Positions 9,037 through 17,821 of a DNA stretch of 64,000 nt are shown here, in pieces. The position numbers were made by a program, and so were the translations under genes. The stretch is from the NCBI GenBank assembly GCA_039028615.1, contig JBCCHT010000049.1, forward strand, positions 1 through 64,000, read 5' to 3'. The stretch's first letter is position 1; every line of letters begins with the position of its first letter. Source of the stretch: Myxococcota bacterium (GTDB lineage Bacteria; Myxococcota_A; Polyangia; Nannocystales; Nannocystaceae). Under the pieces are notes generated by a model that saw only the letters and a program-made list of their open reading frames with translations, did not search any database and was not told the origin of the DNA.

Positions 9037-10641
9037 TCAGCCCTTGAGGGTCTTCATCACCAGGTTGTCGCCGGTGATGGCGGAGACGGTGAGGAAGCCG
9101 GCGAGCAAGGCTCCGCCCACGCCACAGGTGCTGATGTCCTGACCGGTGAGCCACAGGTTCTTCACCGGGGTCTTGGGGCGCAGGAACTTGTGCTCGAAGC
9201 GATCGGGGTCGTGGGTCAGGCCGTAGATTTCACCGGTCTGGTAGGCGGTGAAGTGCTGGGTGCTCAGCGGGGTCGAAAGCTCGCGCAGCTCGATGTGGTC
9301 CTTGGTCTGGGGCTCGAAGCGGAACAGCTGCTCGAGCAGGCGCTGGGACAGCTGCTCCTTGATCTCGGAGTAGTCCTCGCCGCGCTTGCCCCACTTGCGA
9401 TCGGACCACTTCGCGAAGCGCTCGTAGGGCGCGAGGGTGACGATCTCGATGGTGGCCTTGCCGGGGTGATTGCTCTCGAACTCGGGATCCTTGGCCGAGG
9501 GGAACGAGATGTACGCGACCGGCAGCGGCGCGTTCTCGTCCTTCATGAAGCGCTCCACGGTGAGGTCGTGGTCGTACTCGTCGGGGTAGATCCAGTAGTT
9601 GGCCTTGGGCAGGTTCAGCTCTTTGGAGGTCTTGTTCAGGCCGATGTACAGGCTGACGTGCGAGGCGGAGGGGTGCAGCTTGGACAGCGAGTCGTTCAGG
9701 TCGAGGCGCCCGCGCTCTTCCTCGTTGATGAGGCGACCGAAGGTGTTGAGGGCTCCGGCGTTGCTGATGACGATGGGGGCCCGGATCTCGCGGCCGTCCT
9801 CCATGCGCACGCCGATGGCCTCGCCGCGCTCGGTCAGCACCTCGGCCACCGCGGCGTTGGTGAAGGCGGCTCCGCCCGCGGCCTCGAGCCGGGGGATCAT
9901 GGTCTCAGCGATGCGGCCCGAGCCGCCCACGGGATAACAACCGCCGGCGAAGTAGTGCTTGACCAGCGACGCGTGCATGCCGAAGGCGCTCTGGCGCGGC
10001 GGCAGCCCGTAGTCGCCGTACTGCCCGGTGAGCACGCCGATGAGCTTGGGGTCGTCGGTCAGCGAGCTCAGGACGTCGTAGGTGGTGCGTCGGGTATGCG
10101 CCAGGTACTTGCGGCGCATGAGGCCGCCGGCCACGAACGAGCCGACGCTGCCCAGGGCCTTCTCGGTGAAGTAGCCACGCGAAGCCTTGACCGCCTCGAA
10201 CACGGCGTCGACGTAGTCGTCGAGCGACTTGGCGTGCGCCTTGGTGGGGAACTTCTCCCGCAGGCCCGCCTTGAACTCCTTGACCCCGGCCCGGAAGGGG
10301 TACTCTTCCTCGCCGATGATGATGCGGTCGTAGACCTCGCCCATCTCGGCCCAGTGGAGATCGCCACCCGTGACGTAGTCGAAGAGCTGGCGCAGAACGC
10401 TCTGGGGGCGGTGCATCTCGCCCACGTAGTGCACGCCCACGTCCCACTCGAAGCCCTTGCGGCGGAACACGTGGGTGAAGCCGCCCAGCACGTAGTGTCG
10501 CTCGAGTAACAGGACCTTCTTGCCCCGTTCGGCCAGCAGCAGGGCGCTGGTCATGCCTCCGAGTCCAGAGCCGATGACGATGGCGTCATAGCGGTCTTCT
10601 AGGGTGGCTTGCTTATAGGAACGACCGAGACGAGCAGGCAC
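9037..10641 (-). CDS. FAD-dependent oxidoreductase, phytoene desaturase / retinol saturase-like
   Basis: YDAIVIGSGLGG, LLERHYVLGG, FEWDVGVHYVG, YPVGGSG, STPLS...GEIYGL, TPVKNLWLTGQD. Real start is probably GTG 10641, inside the long 1409-aa track ORF. Confidence 0.88.
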   Translation of the reverse strand: MPARLGRSYKQATLEDRYDAIVIGSGLGGMTSALLLAERGKKVLLLERHYVLGGFTHVFRRKGFEWDVGVHYVGEMHRPQSVLRQLFDYVTGGDLHWAEMGEVYDRIIIGEEEYPFRAGVKEFKAGLREKFPTKAHAKSLDDYVDAVFEAVKASRGYFTEKALGSVGSFVAGGLMRRKYLAHTRRTTYDVLSSLTDDPKLIGVLTGQYGDYGLPPRQSAFGMHASLVKHYFAGGCYPVGGSGRIAETMIPRLEAAGGAAFTNAAVAEVLTERGEAIGVRMEDGREIRAPIVISNAGALNTFGRLINEEERGRLDLNDSLSKLHPSASHVSLYIGLNKTSKELNLPKANYWIYPDEYDHDLTVERFMKDENAPLPVAYISFPSAKDPEFESNHPGKATIEIVTLAPYERFAKWSDRKWGKRGEDYSEIKEQLSQRLLEQLFRFEPQTKDHIELRELSTPLSTQHFTAYQTGEIYGLTHDPDRFEHKFLRPKTPVKNLWLTGQDISTCGVGGALLAGFLTVSAITGDNLVMKTLKG

Positions 10642-10755
10642 GAGCGGGTTATACGCCAAACCTCGGCAATGGCGAGCCGCTCGGCCGGTGACAAGGCTCC
10701 AATCGGCGTTGTTCGGCCTTACGCTGCGCTTGCGCGCGATCCATGCCCGGTTATC

Positions 10756-13323
10756 ATGGCCCGTCGCTTCCCCATGAGTGCTCGCGATCCGCAATCCCCC
10801 GCGGGCCCTCCGGGACCCGCTGCTCCTCCCTCTTCCCCCGCGGGTGCCCCCATGGGTCACGGTGCTCCGGTTGTGCCTAGTGCGCCCGGGATGCCACCCG
10901 GTGCGGGAATGCCGGTGGGAGCGGGTCCGCCTCCGGTCGCGATGCCGCCCGGCGCGATGCCTCCCGCCGGGATGCCTCCGGGTGCGGTGCCGCCCGGCGG
11001 TGGGATGCCACCCGGTGGAGGGATGCCGCCCGGCGGAGGCGAGCCCCCCGGCGGTGACGGGCAGGCTCCGCCGACGGGCGAGTTGAGCGATCCCAACGCC
11101 CCCGTCGCGGGCCGCTTCGGCACCTTCGGTGGCGTGTTCACGCCGGTCGTCCTGACCATCCTCGGCGTGATCATGTTCATGAGGGCCGGCTTCGTCGTCG
11201 GCTACTCGGGGCTGTGGTTCGCGCTCATCATCCTGGCGCTCTCCAAGCTCATCACCAGCCTCACTACGCTGAGCCTGTCGGCCATCGCCACCAACCTCGA
11301 CGTTCGGGTCGGCGGCGTCTACTTCATGATCTCGCGGGTGCTGGGTCCCGACTTCGGGGGCAGCATCGGGATCACGCTGTTCATCGCGCAGGCGGTGAGC
11401 GTGGCCTTCTATACGATCGGGTTTACCGAGGCGATCTTCGCCATCATCGGGAACTTCTCGCCCGACGCGGCGGCGAGCATGACCGCGGCCATGGTGCCGC
11501 AGATCATCTCGTCGATCGTGACCGTCGGCCTCTTCGTGCTGACCTTCAAGGGGGCCGACGTGGCCCTCAAGGCGCAGTACGTGGTGTTGGCGGTGCTGCT
11601 GCTGTCGGTGGCCGCGTTCCTCATCGGCGGGCTCATCGAGTTCGACAGCGCCACCTTCGAGGCCAACCGCTCCAGCGCGTTCACCAACGAAATCGGGTTC
11701 TGGACCGCCTTTGCCATCTTCTTCCCGGCGGCCACGGGCATCTCCGCGGGCGCCAACATGTCGGGCGACCTCAAGGACCCGGGCAAGGCCATCCCCTCGG
11801 GCACCATCCTGGCGATCATCTTCACCGCCGTCATCTACGTGGCGCTGATGATCCTGACCGCGGGCTCGAGTCCCCGCGCCGAGCTGCAGGGCAACGCCTT
11901 CGGCGCGCTCCAGGAGATGAGCCTGTGGGGTCCGCTCATCGTGGCGGGTGTGTTCGCGGCCACCCTCAGCTCCGCGCTCGGCTCGTTCCTGGGTGCCCCG
12001 CGCATCCTCCAGGCGATGGGCCAGGACCGCCTGATGAAGCCGCTGGAGTTCTTCGGCAAGGGCTCCGGCCCCGCCAACGAGCCGCGGCGAGCCACGGTGC
12101 TCACCTTCATCATCGCGTTCGCGGTGATCTGGGCGGGTGACCTCAACGCGGTCGCCGAGGTCATCTCGATGTTCTTCCTGATCGCCTACGGGATGATCAA
12201 CACCTCGGCCTTCGTCGAGAGCAAGAGCGCCAACCCGAGCTTCCGCCCCCGCTTCCGGGCCTTCCACTGGACCCTGGCCTTGGCCGGCGCCATCGGCTGC
12301 CTGGTGGCGATGGTGAAGATCAACGAGACCTACGCCCTGGTCGCGTTCGGCATCACCGGGGTGCTGTACTTCTACCTGCGCAACCGCGACATCAAGACCA
12401 ACTGGGGTGATGCCAAGCAGGGCTACATCTTCCAGCGGACGCGCGACAACCTCATCTATCTCGGCGAGAGCAAGACCCACCCCAAGAACTGGCGACCCAT
12501 CCTCGCTGCGGTGGGGCCCGACCCGATCAACGAGGCGCGCCTGGTGCAGATGGGCGCCTGGCTCGAGTGCCGCCGCGGCCTCTACACCGTGGCGCACATC
12601 CACGAGACCGAGGAGCCCAACCTGAGCGACCGGCTGCGCTCCCGCGATGGTCGCCGCGACGAGCTGCGCCGTCACTTGCAGTCGCTGGACATCGTGGCCT
12701 TCCCCGAGGTGGTGGGCGTGCGCGACTACGCCGAGGGGCTCACCACCTTCATGCAGGCCTATGCCATCGAGGGCGTGCGGCCCAACACCGTGCTCGCCTC
12801 GATCCCGCCGCCCACCGACATCGAGGGCCGGGCGCGGCTGCTCGAGACGGAGGCCACGCTGCGGGCCTTCAACACGAACCTCGTGCTGCTCAAGGCGGCC
12901 GACATGGCGCTCGACAAGCCACAGCGGGTCATCGACCTGTGGTGGCGCGGCGATCGCAACGGCAGCCTGATGGCGCTGCTGGCCTACCTCATCACGCTCG
13001 ATCGAACCTGGCAGCGGGCGCGCCTGCGGATCTTCCGGGCGGTGGCCGACCCGAGCGCCGAGCAGACCGCCCGGCAGCGCCTCAAGGAGCTGCTGGTCAA
13101 CGCTCGCATCGACGCCGAGATCCACGTGTTCGTGGCGAGCAGCCACCCGCACGAGTTCATCCCGGAGCACTCGGGCACGACCGCAGACATCGTGATGTTG
13201 GGGCTGTCGACCGTCGACATGGACGGCTTCCCCGACTACCTGCAGGCGATGGAGCCGATGCTGCAACGCCTGCCTACGACGCTGTTGGTGCGCAGTAACG
13301 GCGAAGCCGACTTGTTCGCATGA
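10756..13323 (+). CDS. SLC12/cation-chloride cotransporter (CCC)-like APC-fold permease with Pro/Gly/Met-rich N-tail
   Basis: FGTFGGVFTPVVLTILGVIMFMR, GGVYFMISRVLGPDFGGSIG, FFPAATGISAGANMSGDLKDP, PSFRPRF, KNWRP and IDLWW are SLC12 hallmarks. Start 10756 or 10774. Confidence 0.85.
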   Translation: MARRFPMSARDPQSPAGPPGPAAPPSSPAGAPMGHGAPVVPSAPGMPPGAGMPVGAGPPPVAMPPGAMPPAGMPPGAVPPGGGMPPGGGMPPGGGEPPGGDGQAPPTGELSDPNAPVAGRFGTFGGVFTPVVLTILGVIMFMRAGFVVGYSGLWFALIILALSKLITSLTTLSLSAIATNLDVRVGGVYFMISRVLGPDFGGSIGITLFIAQAVSVAFYTIGFTEAIFAIIGNFSPDAAASMTAAMVPQIISSIVTVGLFVLTFKGADVALKAQYVVLAVLLLSVAAFLIGGLIEFDSATFEANRSSAFTNEIGFWTAFAIFFPAATGISAGANMSGDLKDPGKAIPSGTILAIIFTAVIYVALMILTAGSSPRAELQGNAFGALQEMSLWGPLIVAGVFAATLSSALGSFLGAPRILQAMGQDRLMKPLEFFGKGSGPANEPRRATVLTFIIAFAVIWAGDLNAVAEVISMFFLIAYGMINTSAFVESKSANPSFRPRFRAFHWTLALAGAIGCLVAMVKINETYALVAFGITGVLYFYLRNRDIKTNWGDAKQGYIFQRTRDNLIYLGESKTHPKNWRPILAAVGPDPINEARLVQMGAWLECRRGLYTVAHIHETEEPNLSDRLRSRDGRRDELRRHLQSLDIVAFPEVVGVRDYAEGLTTFMQAYAIEGVRPNTVLASIPPPTDIEGRARLLETEATLRAFNTNLVLLKAADMALDKPQRVIDLWWRGDRNGSLMALLAYLITLDRTWQRARLRIFRAVADPSAEQTARQRLKELLVNARIDAEIHVFVASSHPHEFIPEHSGTTADIVMLGLSTVDMDGFPDYLQAMEPMLQRLPTTLLVRSNGEADLFA

Positions 13324-13617
13324 CCGGCCCGTCGTTGGCGTGACGCTATCTCGTCGTCACGTGAAGTCGGTCTTCGTGCGAGCGCGCCGACCGCTGGATT
13401 CGGTCGTGTGCACGGCCATCGCGAACCGATGGTGTCACGATGGTCCCCTTTGATTGTTGAGAAGCATGTAGCCGCCGTCGCCGCCCCTTCAAGGAGGGGT
13501 CGAGCGAGGTGAAGTTCACTGCCCCTTTCGTCAGACCCGAGAGATCACGCACTCACAGTTCGATGGGCTTGTGAAACTATGCCGCCTCTGTTCCGAGACA
13601 AAGTGCGAATCAAGCCG

Positions 13618-16494
13618 ATGAAGCTACTGTTTCACTCGATCCTGGCGACGCTGGCCCTGGCCGCGTGTACTCCCAAGTCCACCACCGATGGGACCGACAC
13701 TCCCGGCGACGGGACGGTGCAGCAGGGTGATGCAGGCGCCGCGAAGGACGACTCGCCCGCGCTGGCGCTGGACTCCGCGGTCCGCACGGGCACGCTGGAC
13801 AACGGGCTGACCTACTACATCCGCAAGCACAACAAGCCCGAGAAGCGTGCGGCGCTGTGGCTCGCCGTCAACGCCGGGTCCGTGCTCGAGCAGGACGACC
13901 AAAAGGGCCTCGCTCACTTCGTCGAGCACATGGCCTTCAACGGAACGGAGCGCTTCGAGAAGAACACCATGATCGACTTCTTCGAGAAGTCGGGCATGGA
14001 CTTCGGCGCCGACGTCAACGCCTACACGTCGTTCGACGAGACGGTCTACATGCTTCAGGTGCCGACCGACGACGCCAAGCTGATGTCGACCGGCATGGAC
14101 GTGCTCGAGGACTGGGCGGGGGCGGTGAGCTTCACCCCCGAGGAGGTCGACAAGGAGCGCGGCGTCGTCATCGAGGAGTGGCGGCTGGGTCGTGGCGCCA
14201 GCCAGCGCGTGTTCGACAAGCAGTGGCCCGTGTTCTTGGCCGGCAGCAAGTACGCCGACCGCAAGCCCATCGGCGAGAAGAAGATCCTCGAGAACGCGCC
14301 CGTCGAGCGCCTCAAGGCGTTCTACACGGACTGGTACCGCCCCGATAACATGGCGGTGATCATCGTCGGCGACGTCGATCCCGCCACGATCGAAAAGGAC
14401 ATCCAGCAGCGCTTCGGCGACCTGAAGAACCCCGACGGGGCGCCCGAGCGCGTCGACATCGAGGTCCCGCTGCTCGACGAGACCCGCATCGACATCCAGA
14501 CCGACAAGGAGATGTCGATGACCCAGGTGACGGTGGCCATCAAGGGCCCCCGCACCCCCTACGAGACCGAGAACGACTACCGCGCCAAGCTCACCGAGGA
14601 GCTCTTCCACGGCATGCTCCGCGCCCGCTTCACCGAGATCGGCGAGCGGCCCGAGGCTCCCTTCGCGTTCTCGTTCTCGTTCACCAGCGCGATGGGGCGC
14701 TCGGTCGACGTGTTCCGGCTCTTCGCCGGGGCCAAGCCCGGCCAGGCCGAGGGCGCGCTCAAGACCCTGATGGTCGAGCTGGAGCGCGTGCGTCGGCACG
14801 GCTTCATCGCGTCCGAGTTCGAGCGGATCAAGGTCGAGCACATGCGTGACCTCGAGCGCTCGGTGGCCGAGGCCGACACCGTGCCCGGCCGCGCCTACTC
14901 CCGCGGCCTGGTCAGCCACTTCCTCGAGGGCAACACCATGATCAGCCGGGCCAACGACCTCGAGCTGGCCAAGAAGTACCTGCCCTCCATCACCCTCGAA
15001 GACGTCAACGCCGTCGCCGAGACCTGGACCAACCGCAAGGACCGCGTGCTCTCGGCCGCGGGCGCCTCGACCGACAAGATGCCCACCAAGAAGGGCTTGC
15101 TGGCGATGGTCGACGGCATCTCCATGCTGCCCGTGCAGCCCTGGGAGGACGGCGGCACCGGAGGCAGCCTCATGGCCAAGGCCCCCGAGGCGGGCAAGGT
15201 CGCCAAGAAAGAGAAGATCGAGGAGCTCGACGTCAGCGTGTGGACGCTGAGCAACGGCGCCACGGTGGTCATCAAGCCCACCGACTTCAAGAACGACGAG
15301 GTGCTCTTCACCGCGTTCAGCCCCGGCGGTCACTCGCTGGCCGACGACAAGCTCTTCGCGTCGGCCCAGTTCTCCGACGCGGTCGTGTCCGAGGCCGGCA
15401 TCGGGGACCACGACTCGAGCGAGGTCCGCAAGCTGCTCACGGGCAAGGTGGCCAACGTTCGCCCGTGGATCAACGAGCTCGAGGAGGGCCTGCGCGGCAG
15501 CGCGTCCCCGCAGGACCTCGAGACGCTAATGCAGCTGACCCACCTGTACTTCACCGCGCCCCGCAAGGATCAGAAGTCCTTCGACGCGTGGAAGGGGCAG
15601 ATGAACGCGTTCTTCAAGAACCGCGACCTCAACCCGCAGGCGGCGTTCTTCGACGAGATGTCCAAGGTCTCCACCAACGACCACCTGCGGCGTCAGCCCC
15701 CGTCGGTCGAGAAGATCGAGGCCGTCGACCTCGAGGCGGCCTACTCCTTCTACCAAGACCGCTTCGCGGACGCGGGTGACTTCACCTTCGTGTTCGTCGG
15801 CAACGTCGACGAGAGCCGGCTCGAGGAACTGTCGGCCACCTACCTCGCCTCGCTGCCCAGCAAGGGCCGCAAGGAGAAGTGGAAGGACGTCGGCGTCAAG
15901 CAGCCCAAGGGCATCAAGAAGGTCCGCGTCAACAAGGGCCAGGACCCCAAGAGCTTCGTGATGCTCAGCTTCCACGGCAAGGCCAAGTGGTCGCCCGAGG
16001 CCGAGGACGACATGGACATGCTCTCCGAGGCGCTCAGCATTCGCCTGCGCGAGATCCTCCGCGAGGACATGAGCGGCGTCTACGGTGTGTTCAGCAACGG
16101 CGGCATCTCGCGCCGACCCAAGCAGGAGTACCAGTTCTTCGTGGGCTTCGGCTGCTCGCCGGAGAACGCCGAGAAGCTGACCAAGGCCGTCTTCGAGCTG
16201 GTGGAGAAGGTCAAGAAGGACGGCATCGAGCCCGAGGTGGTCGACAAGCTCAAGGAGCAGCGTCGCCGCGGCCTCGAGACCGACAAGAAGGAAAACCGCT
16301 TCTGGCTGCGCCAGCTCTCCGAGCACTACCGCTACGGCACCGACCCGCGGAAGATCCTCGAGATGGAGAAGATGATCGACCGGGTCAACTCCGATCGCGT
16401 GGAGAAGGCGGCGAAGAAGTACCTCAAGAAGCAGTACATCGACGCCCTGCTGATGCCCGAGGCCGGGGCCGAGGCGGCCGCTCAGAAGAAGTAG
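13618..16494 (+). CDS. M16 (insulinase/PqqL-like) zinc protease, lipoprotein
   Basis: LALAAC lipobox; LDNGLTYY; inverted zinc motif GLAHFVEHMAFNG; NAYTSFDETVY; second half LSNGATV and LREILREDMSGVY. Confidence 0.93.
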   Translation: MKLLFHSILATLALAACTPKSTTDGTDTPGDGTVQQGDAGAAKDDSPALALDSAVRTGTLDNGLTYYIRKHNKPEKRAALWLAVNAGSVLEQDDQKGLAHFVEHMAFNGTERFEKNTMIDFFEKSGMDFGADVNAYTSFDETVYMLQVPTDDAKLMSTGMDVLEDWAGAVSFTPEEVDKERGVVIEEWRLGRGASQRVFDKQWPVFLAGSKYADRKPIGEKKILENAPVERLKAFYTDWYRPDNMAVIIVGDVDPATIEKDIQQRFGDLKNPDGAPERVDIEVPLLDETRIDIQTDKEMSMTQVTVAIKGPRTPYETENDYRAKLTEELFHGMLRARFTEIGERPEAPFAFSFSFTSAMGRSVDVFRLFAGAKPGQAEGALKTLMVELERVRRHGFIASEFERIKVEHMRDLERSVAEADTVPGRAYSRGLVSHFLEGNTMISRANDLELAKKYLPSITLEDVNAVAETWTNRKDRVLSAAGASTDKMPTKKGLLAMVDGISMLPVQPWEDGGTGGSLMAKAPEAGKVAKKEKIEELDVSVWTLSNGATVVIKPTDFKNDEVLFTAFSPGGHSLADDKLFASAQFSDAVVSEAGIGDHDSSEVRKLLTGKVANVRPWINELEEGLRGSASPQDLETLMQLTHLYFTAPRKDQKSFDAWKGQMNAFFKNRDLNPQAAFFDEMSKVSTNDHLRRQPPSVEKIEAVDLEAAYSFYQDRFADAGDFTFVFVGNVDESRLEELSATYLASLPSKGRKEKWKDVGVKQPKGIKKVRVNKGQDPKSFVMLSFHGKAKWSPEAEDDMDMLSEALSIRLREILREDMSGVYGVFSNGGISRRPKQEYQFFVGFGCSPENAEKLTKAVFELVEKVKKDGIEPEVVDKLKEQRRRGLETDKKENRFWLRQLSEHYRYGTDPRKILEMEKMIDRVNSDRVEKAAKKYLKKQYIDALLMPEAGAEAAAQKK

Positions 16495-16518
16495 TCCAAA
16501 CGTCGTAGAACGACGTAC

Positions 16519-16560
16519 CGGAGGGCTCGATGCCGCGCGCATCGGGCCCTTCGTTTTTTT
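16519..16560 (+). terminator. Rho-independent terminator of the M16 protease gene
   Basis: CGGAGGGCTCGATGC / GCATCGGGCCCTTCG stem (G-U pairs) followed by T7. Confidence 0.85.
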
Positions 16561-16645
16561 GCCCTCGGCAGTGATCGAAACTCGGGAGGCCCGGTCTACC
16601 CCTGCGAGCCCGACAAAAGGGCCCCTCACCGAGCAGGACCGGCCG

Positions 16646-17302
16646 ATGGCACAGTTTTCCCAGACAGTGGTGCACCCGAGCTTCGATGACGTCTCCGACG
16701 GCGACGTCGAGGGGGTGTGGAGCAGCCTCAAGGCCGCGGCCAAGGCGGCAGCGCCCGTGCTCAAAAAGCACGTCCCCGTGATGCTCCAAGCCGCGGGGTC
16801 CTCCGGTTTGCTCGGTCCCTACGGCGCGCTGGCGAGCGCGGTGCTGTCCGGGATGACGGGCGCGCCCAATCCCGCGCCGATGCGACCGGCCCTGCCGGGG
16901 GCGGCCACGAAGACCCCCGCCGTCAATGCACCCGCCGCTCTGCTAGCTCAGGCACTGACGCAGCAGCCGGTGCTGCAGCTGCTGGGCGCCGCGCTCGGAG
17001 GTGCGTCCGCCAAGCCGGCTGCCACCGTCGCTGCGGGCGGCAAGATCATTCCCGCGTCGTCCGTGTTCCAGCTGCTGGCCGCGCTCGCGAACGAAGCCGC
17101 CAAGGCGGCGCCCAAGCCCAGCGCGAAGGAGAGCCGAGACGCCGAGGCGCTCGCGCCCGGGCTGGATGGGGTCGCGACCCTGCTGGACCTGCTGCAACGA
17201 GACGGCGACGAGCCGAGCGATGCGCTCGTCGGCGAAGACGACGACTGGCTCGAGGACGACAGCAGCGCCTGGTACGGCGCCGAGCCCTTCGCCACTCCCT
17301 GA
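16646..17302 (+). CDS. Hypothetical protein (operon gene 1): short acidic leader, cationic amphipathic helix, Ala/Leu-rich body, acidic Trp-containing tail
   Basis: ATG 16646 after CAGGAC; FDDVSDGDVE-GVWSSLKAAAKAAAPVLKK...EDDDWLEDDSSAWYG. Confidence 0.7.
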   Translation: MAQFSQTVVHPSFDDVSDGDVEGVWSSLKAAAKAAAPVLKKHVPVMLQAAGSSGLLGPYGALASAVLSGMTGAPNPAPMRPALPGAATKTPAVNAPAALLAQALTQQPVLQLLGAALGGASAKPAATVAAGGKIIPASSVFQLLAALANEAAKAAPKPSAKESRDAEALAPGLDGVATLLDLLQRDGDEPSDALVGEDDDWLEDDSSAWYGAEPFATP

Positions 17303-17349
17303 ACGATTCACTGCCCGGGCCGCGACCGGCCCCGAAACGAGCACGAACC

Positions 17350-17817
17350 GTGGAACTCGACTCCCTGCTGGGGCAGGGGAGTGGGGCCCTTGCGGCCTCC
17401 GCCCTCCCCGACGCCCTCCTCCCTCTCCTCGAGCAACGGGGCATCGCGCCCGACAAGGCCCAGCTGCTGGCCCAGCTCTTTGCCGGCTCCCGCGACACGG
17501 CCACGTCCGAAGACACGCCGAGCGTCGAGTCCATGCGCCGACGCATCGCCCGACTCGAGTCGGTCAACGAGATGCTCCGAGACACCAACGACGCGCTCGC
17601 GGCCGCCCTGGGGGCCTGCGAGGTCTGCTGGGGCACCGACGACGACTGCGAGGCCTGCGAGGGCCATGGCACCCCCGGCTCGTCGCTTCCCGATCCCCGC
17701 CTGTTTTCCATCTTTGCCCTGCCGGCCCTGCGCCGCGTTCGGGCCGCCCGAAAACCCTCTGTTCATCGTGGGCATCGACGCCCCGTACCCCCAACCAAGA
17801 AAGACCACCAAAGGTAA
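17350..17817 (+). CDS. Hypothetical protein (operon gene 2): coiled coil plus four-Cys putative zinc-binding motif
   Basis: GTG 17350; MRRRIARLESVNEMLRDTNDALAAALG-ACEVCWGTDDDCEACEGHGTPG; stop 4 nt before the next ATG. Confidence 0.7.
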   Translation: MELDSLLGQGSGALAASALPDALLPLLEQRGIAPDKAQLLAQLFAGSRDTATSEDTPSVESMRRRIARLESVNEMLRDTNDALAAALGACEVCWGTDDDCEACEGHGTPGSSLPDPRLFSIFALPALRRVRAARKPSVHRGHRRPVPPTKKDHQR

Positions 17818-17821
17818 CGCC

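Noticed and set aside
9037..13266. 1409-aa minus-strand ORF as a giant fusion protein
   Set aside because: Only the last roughly 535 codons have oxidoreductase motifs. The rest is the stop-free antisense shadow of the SLC12-like gene, as expected from high-GC codon bias.
16559..16645. Longer track start for operon gene 1
   Set aside because: The TTG start lies inside the terminator T-run. ATG 16646 has a purine-rich upstream element and is more plausible.
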